The notes under the pieces are model-generated. The model was not told where the DNA came from and ran no database searches. It worked only from the letters and a program-made list of their open reading frames with translations. A program made the translations under genes and the position numbers. Positions 36,811 through 45,330 of a stretch of DNA of 64,000 bases are shown here, piece by piece (the stretch's first letter is position 1; every line of letters begins with the position of its first letter). The DNA comes from Sediminibacterium sp. (GTDB lineage: Bacteria > Bacteroidota > Bacteroidia > Chitinophagales > Chitinophagaceae), in the NCBI GenBank assembly GCA_965229255.1, contig CBDDIX010000005.1, forward strand, positions 26,975 through 90,974, given 5' to 3'.

Positions 36811-39579
36811 ATGAATAATCTCAGGTTAATACTATCCGGTGTTGCAGTATTGGTGGCTAATTTGATTACCTCGCCGGCCAAGGCGCAGGAGGCAAAACCA
36901 TTAACAACCCGCCCCAACCTGGCAGTGGTTGCTACAACAACTGCATCCATGCGCGGAGGTTTTAATGCCGCCGCGTTAAATGATGGATTGGCTCCTGTTT
37001 TTAATGGCAACCGGTTTGGTGGTGGGCCCAATAACAGGGTACAACCGCGCCAGAATATATGGGTTCAGTATGAATGGGCACAGCCGGTTAGTACCAAAGA
37101 AGTGGCTATATTCTGGTCGGACTTTAATAAGAATATCCGCTTGCCGGAAGCATACAAAATACAGTACTGGAACGGAAGTGCATACGTGCCTGTACAAAAT
37201 GCAAGTGGACTCGGAAAAGAATCCAATCAATTAAACACTACCTCTTTCGATGAAATTAAAACGACCAGGATAAGGCTGGAGCTTGATTCTGCAGACAGGG
37301 GTCTGGCAACCGTATTGGAATGGATCGTATTTAAAACCGACAATTCTGCCAGCCCCGCACCGGTAGTAAGTGCCGGCCTGGATAGAGATGTGATGATCAA
37401 TGGTAAAACCTATCTGTTGGCTTCGGCCAAAGCGGTAACGCCGATTACTAAAGTTGAATGGAAAAAAGTTTCCGGACCGGGTACCGTTCAGTTTACAGGT
37501 GCCAATAACCTGAAAGGAGGAACAGCCAGTTTTTCTGCAGTAGGAGATTATGTTCTTGCCATGACTGCATCTGATGGCAACCTGGAACAGACTTCCTCTA
37601 TCAAAGTAAAGGTTCATGAACCACCTAAAGAAAAACGCCTGGATGTAGTATATACCAAGCGCTATAAAATTGATAATAAACTCTGGAACGATAGGGCAAA
37701 AGCAATGATCACCAGCTGGATCCCATACTGTGTTGATCAGAATGAAAGAACAGACCTTACCATTGGTGAAGGTGGTCTTGATAATTTTATTGAAGCAGCC
37801 AAAGCATTGCGCGGAGAAAAATTTGCAAAACAAAAAGGATATGTCTTCTCTAATGCATGGGTTCACCAGACAGTAGAAGCGATGTGTATTGCATTAATGG
37901 TAGATCCACAGGGCGATAAACAAATGATTGCCGCTCAGGATAAAATGAAAATAACACTCGAAAAATGGATTCCTATTATATTGGCAGCACAAGAACCGGA
38001 TGGATATCTGCAAACTGCCTACACACTAAGGGATACCACCAAATGGAAGGAACGCTGGTCGCCACGTAACCGCGGTGATCATGAAGGGTATGTGTCTGGT
38101 TATTTTATCGAATCGGCCATTAACCATTACACACTCACTAACGGTAAAGACAAACGTTTATATGATGCAGCTAAAAGACTGGCTGACTGCTGGGTGAGAA
38201 ACATCGGACCCGGAAAAAAGGAATGGTATGATGGGCACCAGGAGATGGAACAGGCCCTTGTACGTTTTGGTCGTTTTGTAAATGATATGGAAGGAGGCGG
38301 AAGAGGAGATAGCTATGTAAGCCTGGCTAAATTCCTGCTGGATAGCCGTAAGAACGGAAGCGAGTATGATCAAAGCCATGTTCCGGTGCAGCAGCAATAT
38401 GAAGCAGTTGGTCATGCTGTTCGTGCCACCTACAATTATTCAGCCATGGCCGATGTTGCTGCTGAAACAGGTGATGTAGATTACCAGAGTGCAGTGATGT
38501 CTTTATGGAATAACCTGACTAACAAAAAATACTATTTTACCGGCGGCATCGGAAGTGGTGAAACTTCGGAAGGGTTTGGACCAAACTATTCATTGCGCAA
38601 CAATGCTTACTGCGAATCCTGTTCAAGTGCCGGTCTTATTTTCTTCCAGTATAAAATGAACCTTGCATACCACGATGCACGTTATGCTGATCTGTATGAA
38701 GAAACGATGTACAATGCATTATTAGGGTCACTGGACCTGGATGGTAAAAGTTTTTATTATACCAATCCATTGTCTTCTTCACAGGCCCGTGATCCATGGC
38801 ATGTATGTCCTTGCTGCGTTGGAAATATACCACGCACATTATTGATGTTGCCAACCTGGACCTATGTAACAGGCGATAAAGCGATCTATGTAAATCTTTA
38901 TATAGGTAGTACCATTAATGTAGAGAAGGTGGCGGGTACAGATGTAGAGATGATCCAAAAAACTGAATATCCATGGAAAGGAAATGTGGCCATCACTGTA
39001 AATCCAAAAGTATCCAAAGAGTTTGCAGTATATGTACGCGTTCCCAACAGAACAACCAGCGAATTGTATACGCCTGATAAAGAAGTGAACGGTTTAAAAT
39101 GGTTGAAAGTAAACGGTAAAACAATAGCCATACAGGTTGAGAAAGGATATGCTGTGATAACAAGAAAATGGAAAGCAGGTGATAAGATAGAACTTGAAAT
39201 GCCTATGGAAGTTCAGCGCTTTACCGCAGATGAGCGTATCGAAGGCAATAAGGGAAGAGTGGCATTGCGTTATGGACCATTGGTATACAATGTTGAGAAA
39301 GCCGATCAGCAGGATATCAATAAGTCTATTGGAAACCAGCCCCTTTCTGTAGAATGGAACAAAGATCTTTTGTTTGGTGTAATGGTGATCAAAGGTTCAT
39401 GGGCCGATGGCTCTGCACTTACAGCGATACCTAACTACGCACGTAATAACAGGATCGTAAAAGCAGAAACGGCACCTGTTGTTTCACAAACCACCACACC
39501 TACGCAGGCAGCCGAGCCGCCGCAAAGGTTTGTTGACAGAACGCCAACTTCCATTATCTGGATTAAAGCAGATAAATAG
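36811..39579 (+). CDS. GH127/GH146 beta-L-arabinofuranosidase with N-terminal discoidin-like and PKD/Ig domains
   Basis: Signal peptide; N-terminal WVQYEW discoidin-like and VSAGLD...WKKVSGPG PKD-like modules; GHQEME, GHAVRA, YCESCSS, CPCCVGN. Confidence 0.85.
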   Translation: MNNLRLILSGVAVLVANLITSPAKAQEAKPLTTRPNLAVVATTTASMRGGFNAAALNDGLAPVFNGNRFGGGPNNRVQPRQNIWVQYEWAQPVSTKEVAIFWSDFNKNIRLPEAYKIQYWNGSAYVPVQNASGLGKESNQLNTTSFDEIKTTRIRLELDSADRGLATVLEWIVFKTDNSASPAPVVSAGLDRDVMINGKTYLLASAKAVTPITKVEWKKVSGPGTVQFTGANNLKGGTASFSAVGDYVLAMTASDGNLEQTSSIKVKVHEPPKEKRLDVVYTKRYKIDNKLWNDRAKAMITSWIPYCVDQNERTDLTIGEGGLDNFIEAAKALRGEKFAKQKGYVFSNAWVHQTVEAMCIALMVDPQGDKQMIAAQDKMKITLEKWIPIILAAQEPDGYLQTAYTLRDTTKWKERWSPRNRGDHEGYVSGYFIESAINHYTLTNGKDKRLYDAAKRLADCWVRNIGPGKKEWYDGHQEMEQALVRFGRFVNDMEGGGRGDSYVSLAKFLLDSRKNGSEYDQSHVPVQQQYEAVGHAVRATYNYSAMADVAAETGDVDYQSAVMSLWNNLTNKKYYFTGGIGSGETSEGFGPNYSLRNNAYCESCSSAGLIFFQYKMNLAYHDARYADLYEETMYNALLGSLDLDGKSFYYTNPLSSSQARDPWHVCPCCVGNIPRTLLMLPTWTYVTGDKAIYVNLYIGSTINVEKVAGTDVEMIQKTEYPWKGNVAITVNPKVSKEFAVYVRVPNRTTSELYTPDKEVNGLKWLKVNGKTIAIQVEKGYAVITRKWKAGDKIELEMPMEVQRFTADERIEGNKGRVALRYGPLVYNVEKADQQDINKSIGNQPLSVEWNKDLLFGVMVIKGSWADGSALTAIPNYARNNRIVKAETAPVVSQTTTPTQAAEPPQRFVDRTPTSIIWIKADK

Positions 39580-39594
39580 AAATGAAGAAATAAT

Positions 39595-39630
39595 AAAAAA
39601 GCCCGTAGCTGATAAACTACGGGCTTTTTT
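39595..39630. terminator. Bidirectional intrinsic terminator
   Basis: AAAAAA-GCCCGTAG-N8-CTACGGGC-TTTTTT between convergent genes. Confidence 0.88.
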
Positions 39631-39640
39631 ATTGTTTGTA

Positions 39641-41026
39641 CTACCTCATCGCTTCAATGTCTTCCGGCGAACTTGCCAAAGGATTTCCTAATAATCTTGC
39701 TCCGGCAGGCGTAACCAGGTAATCATCCTCGATCCTGATTCCGCCGGCTTGCCTGAACATTTTCAGTTTGTTATAATCGATAAAATCGGCTAACAAGTTT
39801 TGCGACTCCCATTGATCCATCAAAGAAGCATTAAAATATAATCCAGGTTCAATGGTAACAACGAAACCCGCTTCGAGAGCCCGTCCAAGGCGTAAAGATT
39901 TTAATCCAAATTGGGTACTTTTTTTAATATCATCAGTATAGCCAAGGTATTGCTCTCCAAGGTTTTCCATATCATGTACATCTAACCCCATCATGTGTCC
40001 AAGCCCACACTGGAAAAACAGTGCGTGCGCACCCGCTCTAACGGCTTCCGTAGTATCGCCTTTCATCAGTCCCAGACTCTTTAAGCCATCCGTGAGAATT
40101 TCACATGCCGTAGTATGCACATCCCTGAACAAAACCCCTGGCTTCAATGCGGCTACTGCAGAACCATGCGCCTGCAAAACAATCGCATACAATTCTTTTT
40201 GAAGGGTTGTAAATGTTTTGGCAACAGGAAATGTACGTGTCATGTCTCCTGCATAATGAGAAGCGGCTTCTGCACCACAATCGCATATTACCATTTGCCC
40301 ATTTTCAAGAATGGTATTTCCTGCGTGGTTATGCAGATACTGACCATTTACGGTAAGTATGATCGGGAATGCAAGCTGACCTCCCTTGCTCACAGCAATC
40401 CCCTGCAAAATGCCCGCAAGTTCTGTTTCAGACATACCGGCACAAGCTGTTTGTATGGCAGCGGTATGCATGGCGGTGGTGATATTCACCGCTTTTTCAA
40501 TTTCAGTAATTTCTTCTTCCGATTTAATGGAACGTTGTTTTACAATAGCCCTGATCAGTGTAACTGATACAGCACCTGCAACGGATTTCCAGGGAATGGC
40601 TAACCATTCAGATAATTGCAGCGTTATTTCGGCACGATAGGGATTTGTATAATGAATTTCCTGCCCCTTTTTTTGTTTCTCCTGTAAGTAGGATGCCAGT
40701 TCGGACAAAGGCTTTACAAACCGGATACCTGCCTTTGCAGCATCTTCCTGTAAAGCTGCCCTTGGACCCGTCCATACCATTTCTTCAACGGTAGCCTCCG
40801 TTCCAAAAAGATACTCGCTGTTATCATCAATGTCCATTACCAGCACAAGACCCGGTATATCAATCCCTGTAAAATATAAAAATGAACTATCCTGCCTGAA
40901 GTGATAAAGGTTGTCGGTATAGTTCATACTGCTTTCCCCATTTCCGGGAAGGAGAATGATCCCATGGTTAACATCAGCGGAAAGTGTTTTCCGTCTTTGC
41001 CGGTAGGTAGCGGTTGTAAACATCAT
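39641..41026 (-). CDS. pepP: Xaa-Pro aminopeptidase (M24B)
   Basis: FRQDSSFLYFTG, DCGAE, GDMTRT, GHMMGLDVHD, TIEPGLY and GIRIEDD. Confidence 0.9.
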   Translation of the reverse strand: MMFTTATYRQRRKTLSADVNHGIILLPGNGESSMNYTDNLYHFRQDSSFLYFTGIDIPGLVLVMDIDDNSEYLFGTEATVEEMVWTGPRAALQEDAAKAGIRFVKPLSELASYLQEKQKKGQEIHYTNPYRAEITLQLSEWLAIPWKSVAGAVSVTLIRAIVKQRSIKSEEEITEIEKAVNITTAMHTAAIQTACAGMSETELAGILQGIAVSKGGQLAFPIILTVNGQYLHNHAGNTILENGQMVICDCGAEAASHYAGDMTRTFPVAKTFTTLQKELYAIVLQAHGSAVAALKPGVLFRDVHTTACEILTDGLKSLGLMKGDTTEAVRAGAHALFFQCGLGHMMGLDVHDMENLGEQYLGYTDDIKKSTQFGLKSLRLGRALEAGFVVTIEPGLYFNASLMDQWESQNLLADFIDYNKLKMFRQAGGIRIEDDYLVTPAGARLLGNPLASSPEDIEAMR

Positions 41027-41156
41027 AACCGAAAATATAGCAAAAACGGAATAAAGACATTCAATGGTTAAGAATGGCGAATCTTACGTCAAATACGGTA
41101 AACAACAATCAGCATAAGAAAACCATATTTGAGATGTATTTGCTAAAACTGCCCTT

Positions 41157-42854
41157 ATGAATCCTTTTCTCCAGAAGTTTCGAAGCCTGTTGTTGGTGGC
41201 TGCTACACTCTTTTTCTGTAATAGCCTGTTGGCACAGTCCAAAAAAGTTTTCACGCATGCAGATACACTGCGTGGAGCTATTAACAGTGAAAGGGATTGG
41301 TGGGATGTGATGCGGTATGATATTTCTGTAACACCGGATTATAACGCAAAAACAATTGTTGGAATCAATAGCCTTGCCTACAAGGTGGTGAAGGATAATA
41401 AAAACGAAAAGATGCAACTCGACCTGAGGGATCCTTTAGTGATCGATAGCATTTTATACAATGGCAAACAAAAACTATCTTTTAATAAAGATGGTCTTGT
41501 TTGGCATGTAACCGTTCCTCAACAAAAAAAGGGGGCATTGAACCGCGTAGATATTTATTACGGCGGCAAGGTACAGGAAGCTGCCAGGCCACCCTGGGAT
41601 GGAGGATGGACCTTTACCAAAGATTCATTGGGAAGACCCTGGATGACGGTAACCTGCCAGGGTGCCATGGGTGCATCTGTCTGGTACCCATGTAAGGATC
41701 ATCAAAGCGATGAGCCGGATAAAGGGGCATCACTTACCATGACTGTACCTGATACACTGGTAGCCATAGCGAACGGGAAAATGGCGTTTAAAAAGGATAA
41801 TAAAAACGGAACGGCTACTTATAAATGGTTTGTAGTAAATCCCATCAGTAATTATTGCATCATTCCGTATATCGGCAAGTATGTAAATTTTTCAGAAAAA
41901 TACCCTGGCGAAAAAGGCTTGCTGGATCTGAATTACTGGGTACTGGATTATAATTACGATCGTGCAAAAAGCTATATGCCCGGCCAGGTAAAACAAATGC
42001 TGAAAAGCTTTGAATACTGGTTTGGTCCTTATCCTTTTTATGAGGATGGATATAAGCTGATAGATGTACCGAATACAGGTATGGAGCACCAGAGTGCGGT
42101 TTCCTATGGCAACCAATACAAGTTTGGATACCGGGGAAGAGATGGTTCAGGAACCGGCTGGGGAATGAAATGGGATTTCATCATCGTACATGAAAGCGGG
42201 CATGAATGGTTCGGCAATAATATCACTACCAATGACCTGGCTGATATGTGGGTGCACGAAGGGTTTACCAATTACAGTGAAACACTTTTTATTGATTATA
42301 CATTCGGACCCGCGGCGGCTGATGCTTATAACCATGGTATCAGAAGAGGGATCCGCAATGATAAAACGGTTATACCCGAGTATAACGTAAATGCACAGGG
42401 CAGTGGAGATATGTACCCTAAACCCAGCAATATGCTTCATTCCATCCGGCATGGTTTGAACAATGATTCACTTTTCAGAAAGATCCTGCGGGGACTCAAC
42501 AGTAATTTTTACCATAAAACAGTTAATTCTAGTGATATAGAAAAGTATGTTTCTCAAAAAGCAGGATATGATTATAGTAAAGTATTTGATCAATACCTGC
42601 GTACCATACAGGTTCCCAAACTGGAGTTTTATTTCAGTGCCGATGAAGGTGCCATCAATTACCGGTGGGCCAATGCCGTGAAAGGATTTAACCTGCCGGT
42701 TTTACTAAAGCTGAACGATCACATAATAAGTTTTATTCCGGCTGAAGAATGGAAAACCACAAAGCTTTCAGATGGTGATGCAAAGGTGATCACACAGGAT
42801 GCCATTGAAAAAATGTTTTATGTAAAAGCAGAAAAAGTAAATGGTGTACAGTAA
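41157..42854 (+). CDS. M1-family aminopeptidase
   Basis: Signal peptide; GMEHQS, HESGHEWFGNN followed by the third ligand in WVHEGF; MYPK. Confidence 0.9.
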   Translation: MNPFLQKFRSLLLVAATLFFCNSLLAQSKKVFTHADTLRGAINSERDWWDVMRYDISVTPDYNAKTIVGINSLAYKVVKDNKNEKMQLDLRDPLVIDSILYNGKQKLSFNKDGLVWHVTVPQQKKGALNRVDIYYGGKVQEAARPPWDGGWTFTKDSLGRPWMTVTCQGAMGASVWYPCKDHQSDEPDKGASLTMTVPDTLVAIANGKMAFKKDNKNGTATYKWFVVNPISNYCIIPYIGKYVNFSEKYPGEKGLLDLNYWVLDYNYDRAKSYMPGQVKQMLKSFEYWFGPYPFYEDGYKLIDVPNTGMEHQSAVSYGNQYKFGYRGRDGSGTGWGMKWDFIIVHESGHEWFGNNITTNDLADMWVHEGFTNYSETLFIDYTFGPAAADAYNHGIRRGIRNDKTVIPEYNVNAQGSGDMYPKPSNMLHSIRHGLNNDSLFRKILRGLNSNFYHKTVNSSDIEKYVSQKAGYDYSKVFDQYLRTIQVPKLEFYFSADEGAINYRWANAVKGFNLPVLLKLNDHIISFIPAEEWKTTKLSDGDAKVITQDAIEKMFYVKAEKVNGVQ

Positions 42855-44346
42855 GCATCCTAAAGGGCTTTACCTATTGTTCACCATTGAGATGTGGGAA
42901 CGTTTCAGCTTTTATGGAATGAGGGCCGTATTGGTCTTGTTTATGACCAAGGCTTTGCTTTTTGATAAAGCCTTCGCATCTAACCTCTATGGCAGTTATA
43001 CAGGGTTTATTTACTTAACACCATTGATCGGCGGATATATTGCAGACAGGTGGTGGGGAAACAGCCGCTCAATTCTTGCGGGTGGCTTGTTAATGGCCTT
43101 TGGTGAGATCATTCTTTTTTTTGCCGGTTCGCTATATCATTCGGCATCAGAAGTATCCACTATTCTATTTTTTAGCGGGCTGGGTTGTATGATAGCGGGT
43201 AACGGTCTGTTCAAGCCCAATATTTCATCGCTGGTGGGTCAGCTGTATACAAAAGAGGATACCAGGAAGGATGTTGCCTATACCATTTTTTATATGGGGA
43301 TCAATCTTGGGGGAGCTTTAGGTCCCATATTGTGTGCCTTTGCCGGAGATACCGGAGACCCGGCTGATTTTAAATGGGCTTTTCTCACTGCCGGAATCGC
43401 CATGCTGATAGCTGTTGTGATCAAACAGGCACTCTTTAAAAAGTATATTACAGATCCTTCAGGAAAGATCCTTGGGGATGTACCTGTGAATGCACCTGTA
43501 AAAAAATCATCCCCCTTCTTTATTACAGGATTTCTCCTTATATACCTGTTTATCACCATCACCTTATTGTACATTGATATTCGGGTGCTTGGGTTTCTTC
43601 CTTACTTACTGCTGGCAGGAGCCATATTGATCGCGTTACTTGTTTTTACCGATAAACAGCTTGGACAAGCAGAGAAAAAAGGAATTGTGGTGATATTTAT
43701 CGTGGCTTTTTTTGTGATTTTTTTCTGGAGTGCATTTGAGCAAACCGGAGCGGCACTCGTTTTTTTTGCAGACGAGCAAACCAATAGGCATCTACCGCTG
43801 ATCAACAAAGAACTACCCACCAGCCTGTTTCAATCTTTCGGCTCTGTTTTTCTTGTGATGCTGGCACCTTTCTTTGCATGGCTATGGACAAAACTCGGAA
43901 AAGCACAACCCTCTTCTCCCGCAAAAATGGCCATCGGATTGTTTTTGCTTGGGGTGGGTTATCTCTGGATAGCCCAGGGGGTAAAGAATGTAGATTCAGG
44001 CGTTAAAGTAAGTATGGTATGGCTAACGGTGATGTATGCCTTACATGCAGCAGGAGAGTTGTGTTTGTCGCCCATCGGTCTATCCCTCGTAAACAAACTG
44101 GCCCCGGTAAAATTTGCTTCTATATTGATGGCTGTCTGGTTCCTGGCAACGGCAGCTGCACAGAAATTTGCAGGTATATTAAGTGCATTATATCCTGCAG
44201 ATGGAAAACAAACTTCATTTTTAGGATACCAAATTCATAACCTGTATGATTTCTTTATGTTTTTTGTAGGAATGACAGGATTAGCATCTATCCTTCTCTT
44301 CCTGCTTACCAAAACATTGCTTCGTATGGCACCGTCTCTAAAGTAG
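42841..44346 (+). CDS. POT/PTR-family proton-dependent oligopeptide transporter
   Basis: HPKGLYLLF..EMWERFSFYGMRA (ExxERF), GNGLFKPN, FYMGINLG and ELCLSP. Overlaps the M1 gene by 14 bp. Confidence 0.92.
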   Translation: MVYSKHPKGLYLLFTIEMWERFSFYGMRAVLVLFMTKALLFDKAFASNLYGSYTGFIYLTPLIGGYIADRWWGNSRSILAGGLLMAFGEIILFFAGSLYHSASEVSTILFFSGLGCMIAGNGLFKPNISSLVGQLYTKEDTRKDVAYTIFYMGINLGGALGPILCAFAGDTGDPADFKWAFLTAGIAMLIAVVIKQALFKKYITDPSGKILGDVPVNAPVKKSSPFFITGFLLIYLFITITLLYIDIRVLGFLPYLLLAGAILIALLVFTDKQLGQAEKKGIVVIFIVAFFVIFFWSAFEQTGAALVFFADEQTNRHLPLINKELPTSLFQSFGSVFLVMLAPFFAWLWTKLGKAQPSSPAKMAIGLFLLGVGYLWIAQGVKNVDSGVKVSMVWLTVMYALHAAGELCLSPIGLSLVNKLAPVKFASILMAVWFLATAAAQKFAGILSALYPADGKQTSFLGYQIHNLYDFFMFFVGMTGLASILLFLLTKTLLRMAPSLK

Positions 44347-44354
44347 TTAGCTGA

Positions 44355-45284
44355 TTATTTGGTTACTCTTCTTATAGGTTTGATATTACGGCCATAGTAC
44401 ACATCGGCAGGATTGTGGTGACCAATGTATACTTGCTCAAGTAAGGCATACAATACAGGGTCGTATGTTTTTAAATCATCCGGTGTCTGTACTCTTTGTT
44501 CGCCATCATAGAACTCAAAGTTCGACCAGAACCACCATTGCGTTCCTTCTGCCCAGTATTCAGCAGACGTGTTGATGGCATACTGACCCTTGTACATGTC
44601 TTTGGTTTTGGCTACTTCATAGGCAGCAAGTATCTGTTTATATAAAGTCGTATCGCAAGACCTGAGGGCATTCATAATATTGTGGCTGAATTCATGAACC
44701 AATATATTCTCTCCATAATAACGTGTGCCCGGGTAACCCAGCAGGTTTTCTTCTGCGCAGGAAGTAACATTGCCACCCATACCACGTGCTCTCCGGTTCC
44801 AGTAATCGCGGTCCGTCATACTGGCAATTCCTCCGGGCTTATCATAATTATCACGCTCGCCGGGTGTCAGGCGCCTGTCATCCCGTGTTGGTTTTTTCCA
44901 ATTGCTTCTTTCCGGCAGATCGGTTTCCATTTCTGTAGCAGCCATTACAAGCACTCTTGCTTTTGAACGCATTAGCGCCGACCGCACATCGGGTCTTTTA
45001 ACAAGCATATAGTTTACAATATCCCGGGCCATCAGTAATGCATCGTCAGGAACTTTGGCTGATGAAACGATGGGGATGCCAAATGCATCTGAGTATTTTT
45101 TATAAAAAGTATCTACTGCAATAGCCAAAGGCGGAGCAGCTATCATGGCTGCTTCGTAGGAGCTCACTATCTTTTGTTCTACGGGTGTTGTGCTTGTGTT
45201 GGCATTTGTATTTGTGCGTGATGAGGAGCAACCCAGGATAAGGCTGGCAAATCCTGAAATAGTAAGTATGCTGATTTTATTCAT
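44355..45284 (-). CDS. Lipoprotein zincin metallopeptidase (HExxH), possibly ATLF/PPEP-like
   Basis: Lipobox LILGC; HEFSH and a downstream AEYWAE third-ligand motif. The DP.LY..L C-terminal pattern is typical of anthrax-LF-like zincins. Confidence 0.65.
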   Translation of the reverse strand: MNKISILTISGFASLILGCSSSRTNTNANTSTTPVEQKIVSSYEAAMIAAPPLAIAVDTFYKKYSDAFGIPIVSSAKVPDDALLMARDIVNYMLVKRPDVRSALMRSKARVLVMAATEMETDLPERSNWKKPTRDDRRLTPGERDNYDKPGGIASMTDRDYWNRRARGMGGNVTSCAEENLLGYPGTRYYGENILVHEFSHNIMNALRSCDTTLYKQILAAYEVAKTKDMYKGQYAINTSAEYWAEGTQWWFWSNFEFYDGEQRVQTPDDLKTYDPVLYALLEQVYIGHHNPADVYYGRNIKPIRRVTK

Positions 45285-45330
45285 AATGTCTTTTATTATC
45301 GGTTAAATATGATGTAGTGATAGGATACCG

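Noticed and set aside
26400-38460. Similar GHAVRA-coding segments in the two GH127 genes as a DGR template/variable repeat pair
   Set aside because: The similarity is at protein level with scattered synonymous differences, not adenine-specific. There is no reverse transcriptase. It is ordinary paralogy.
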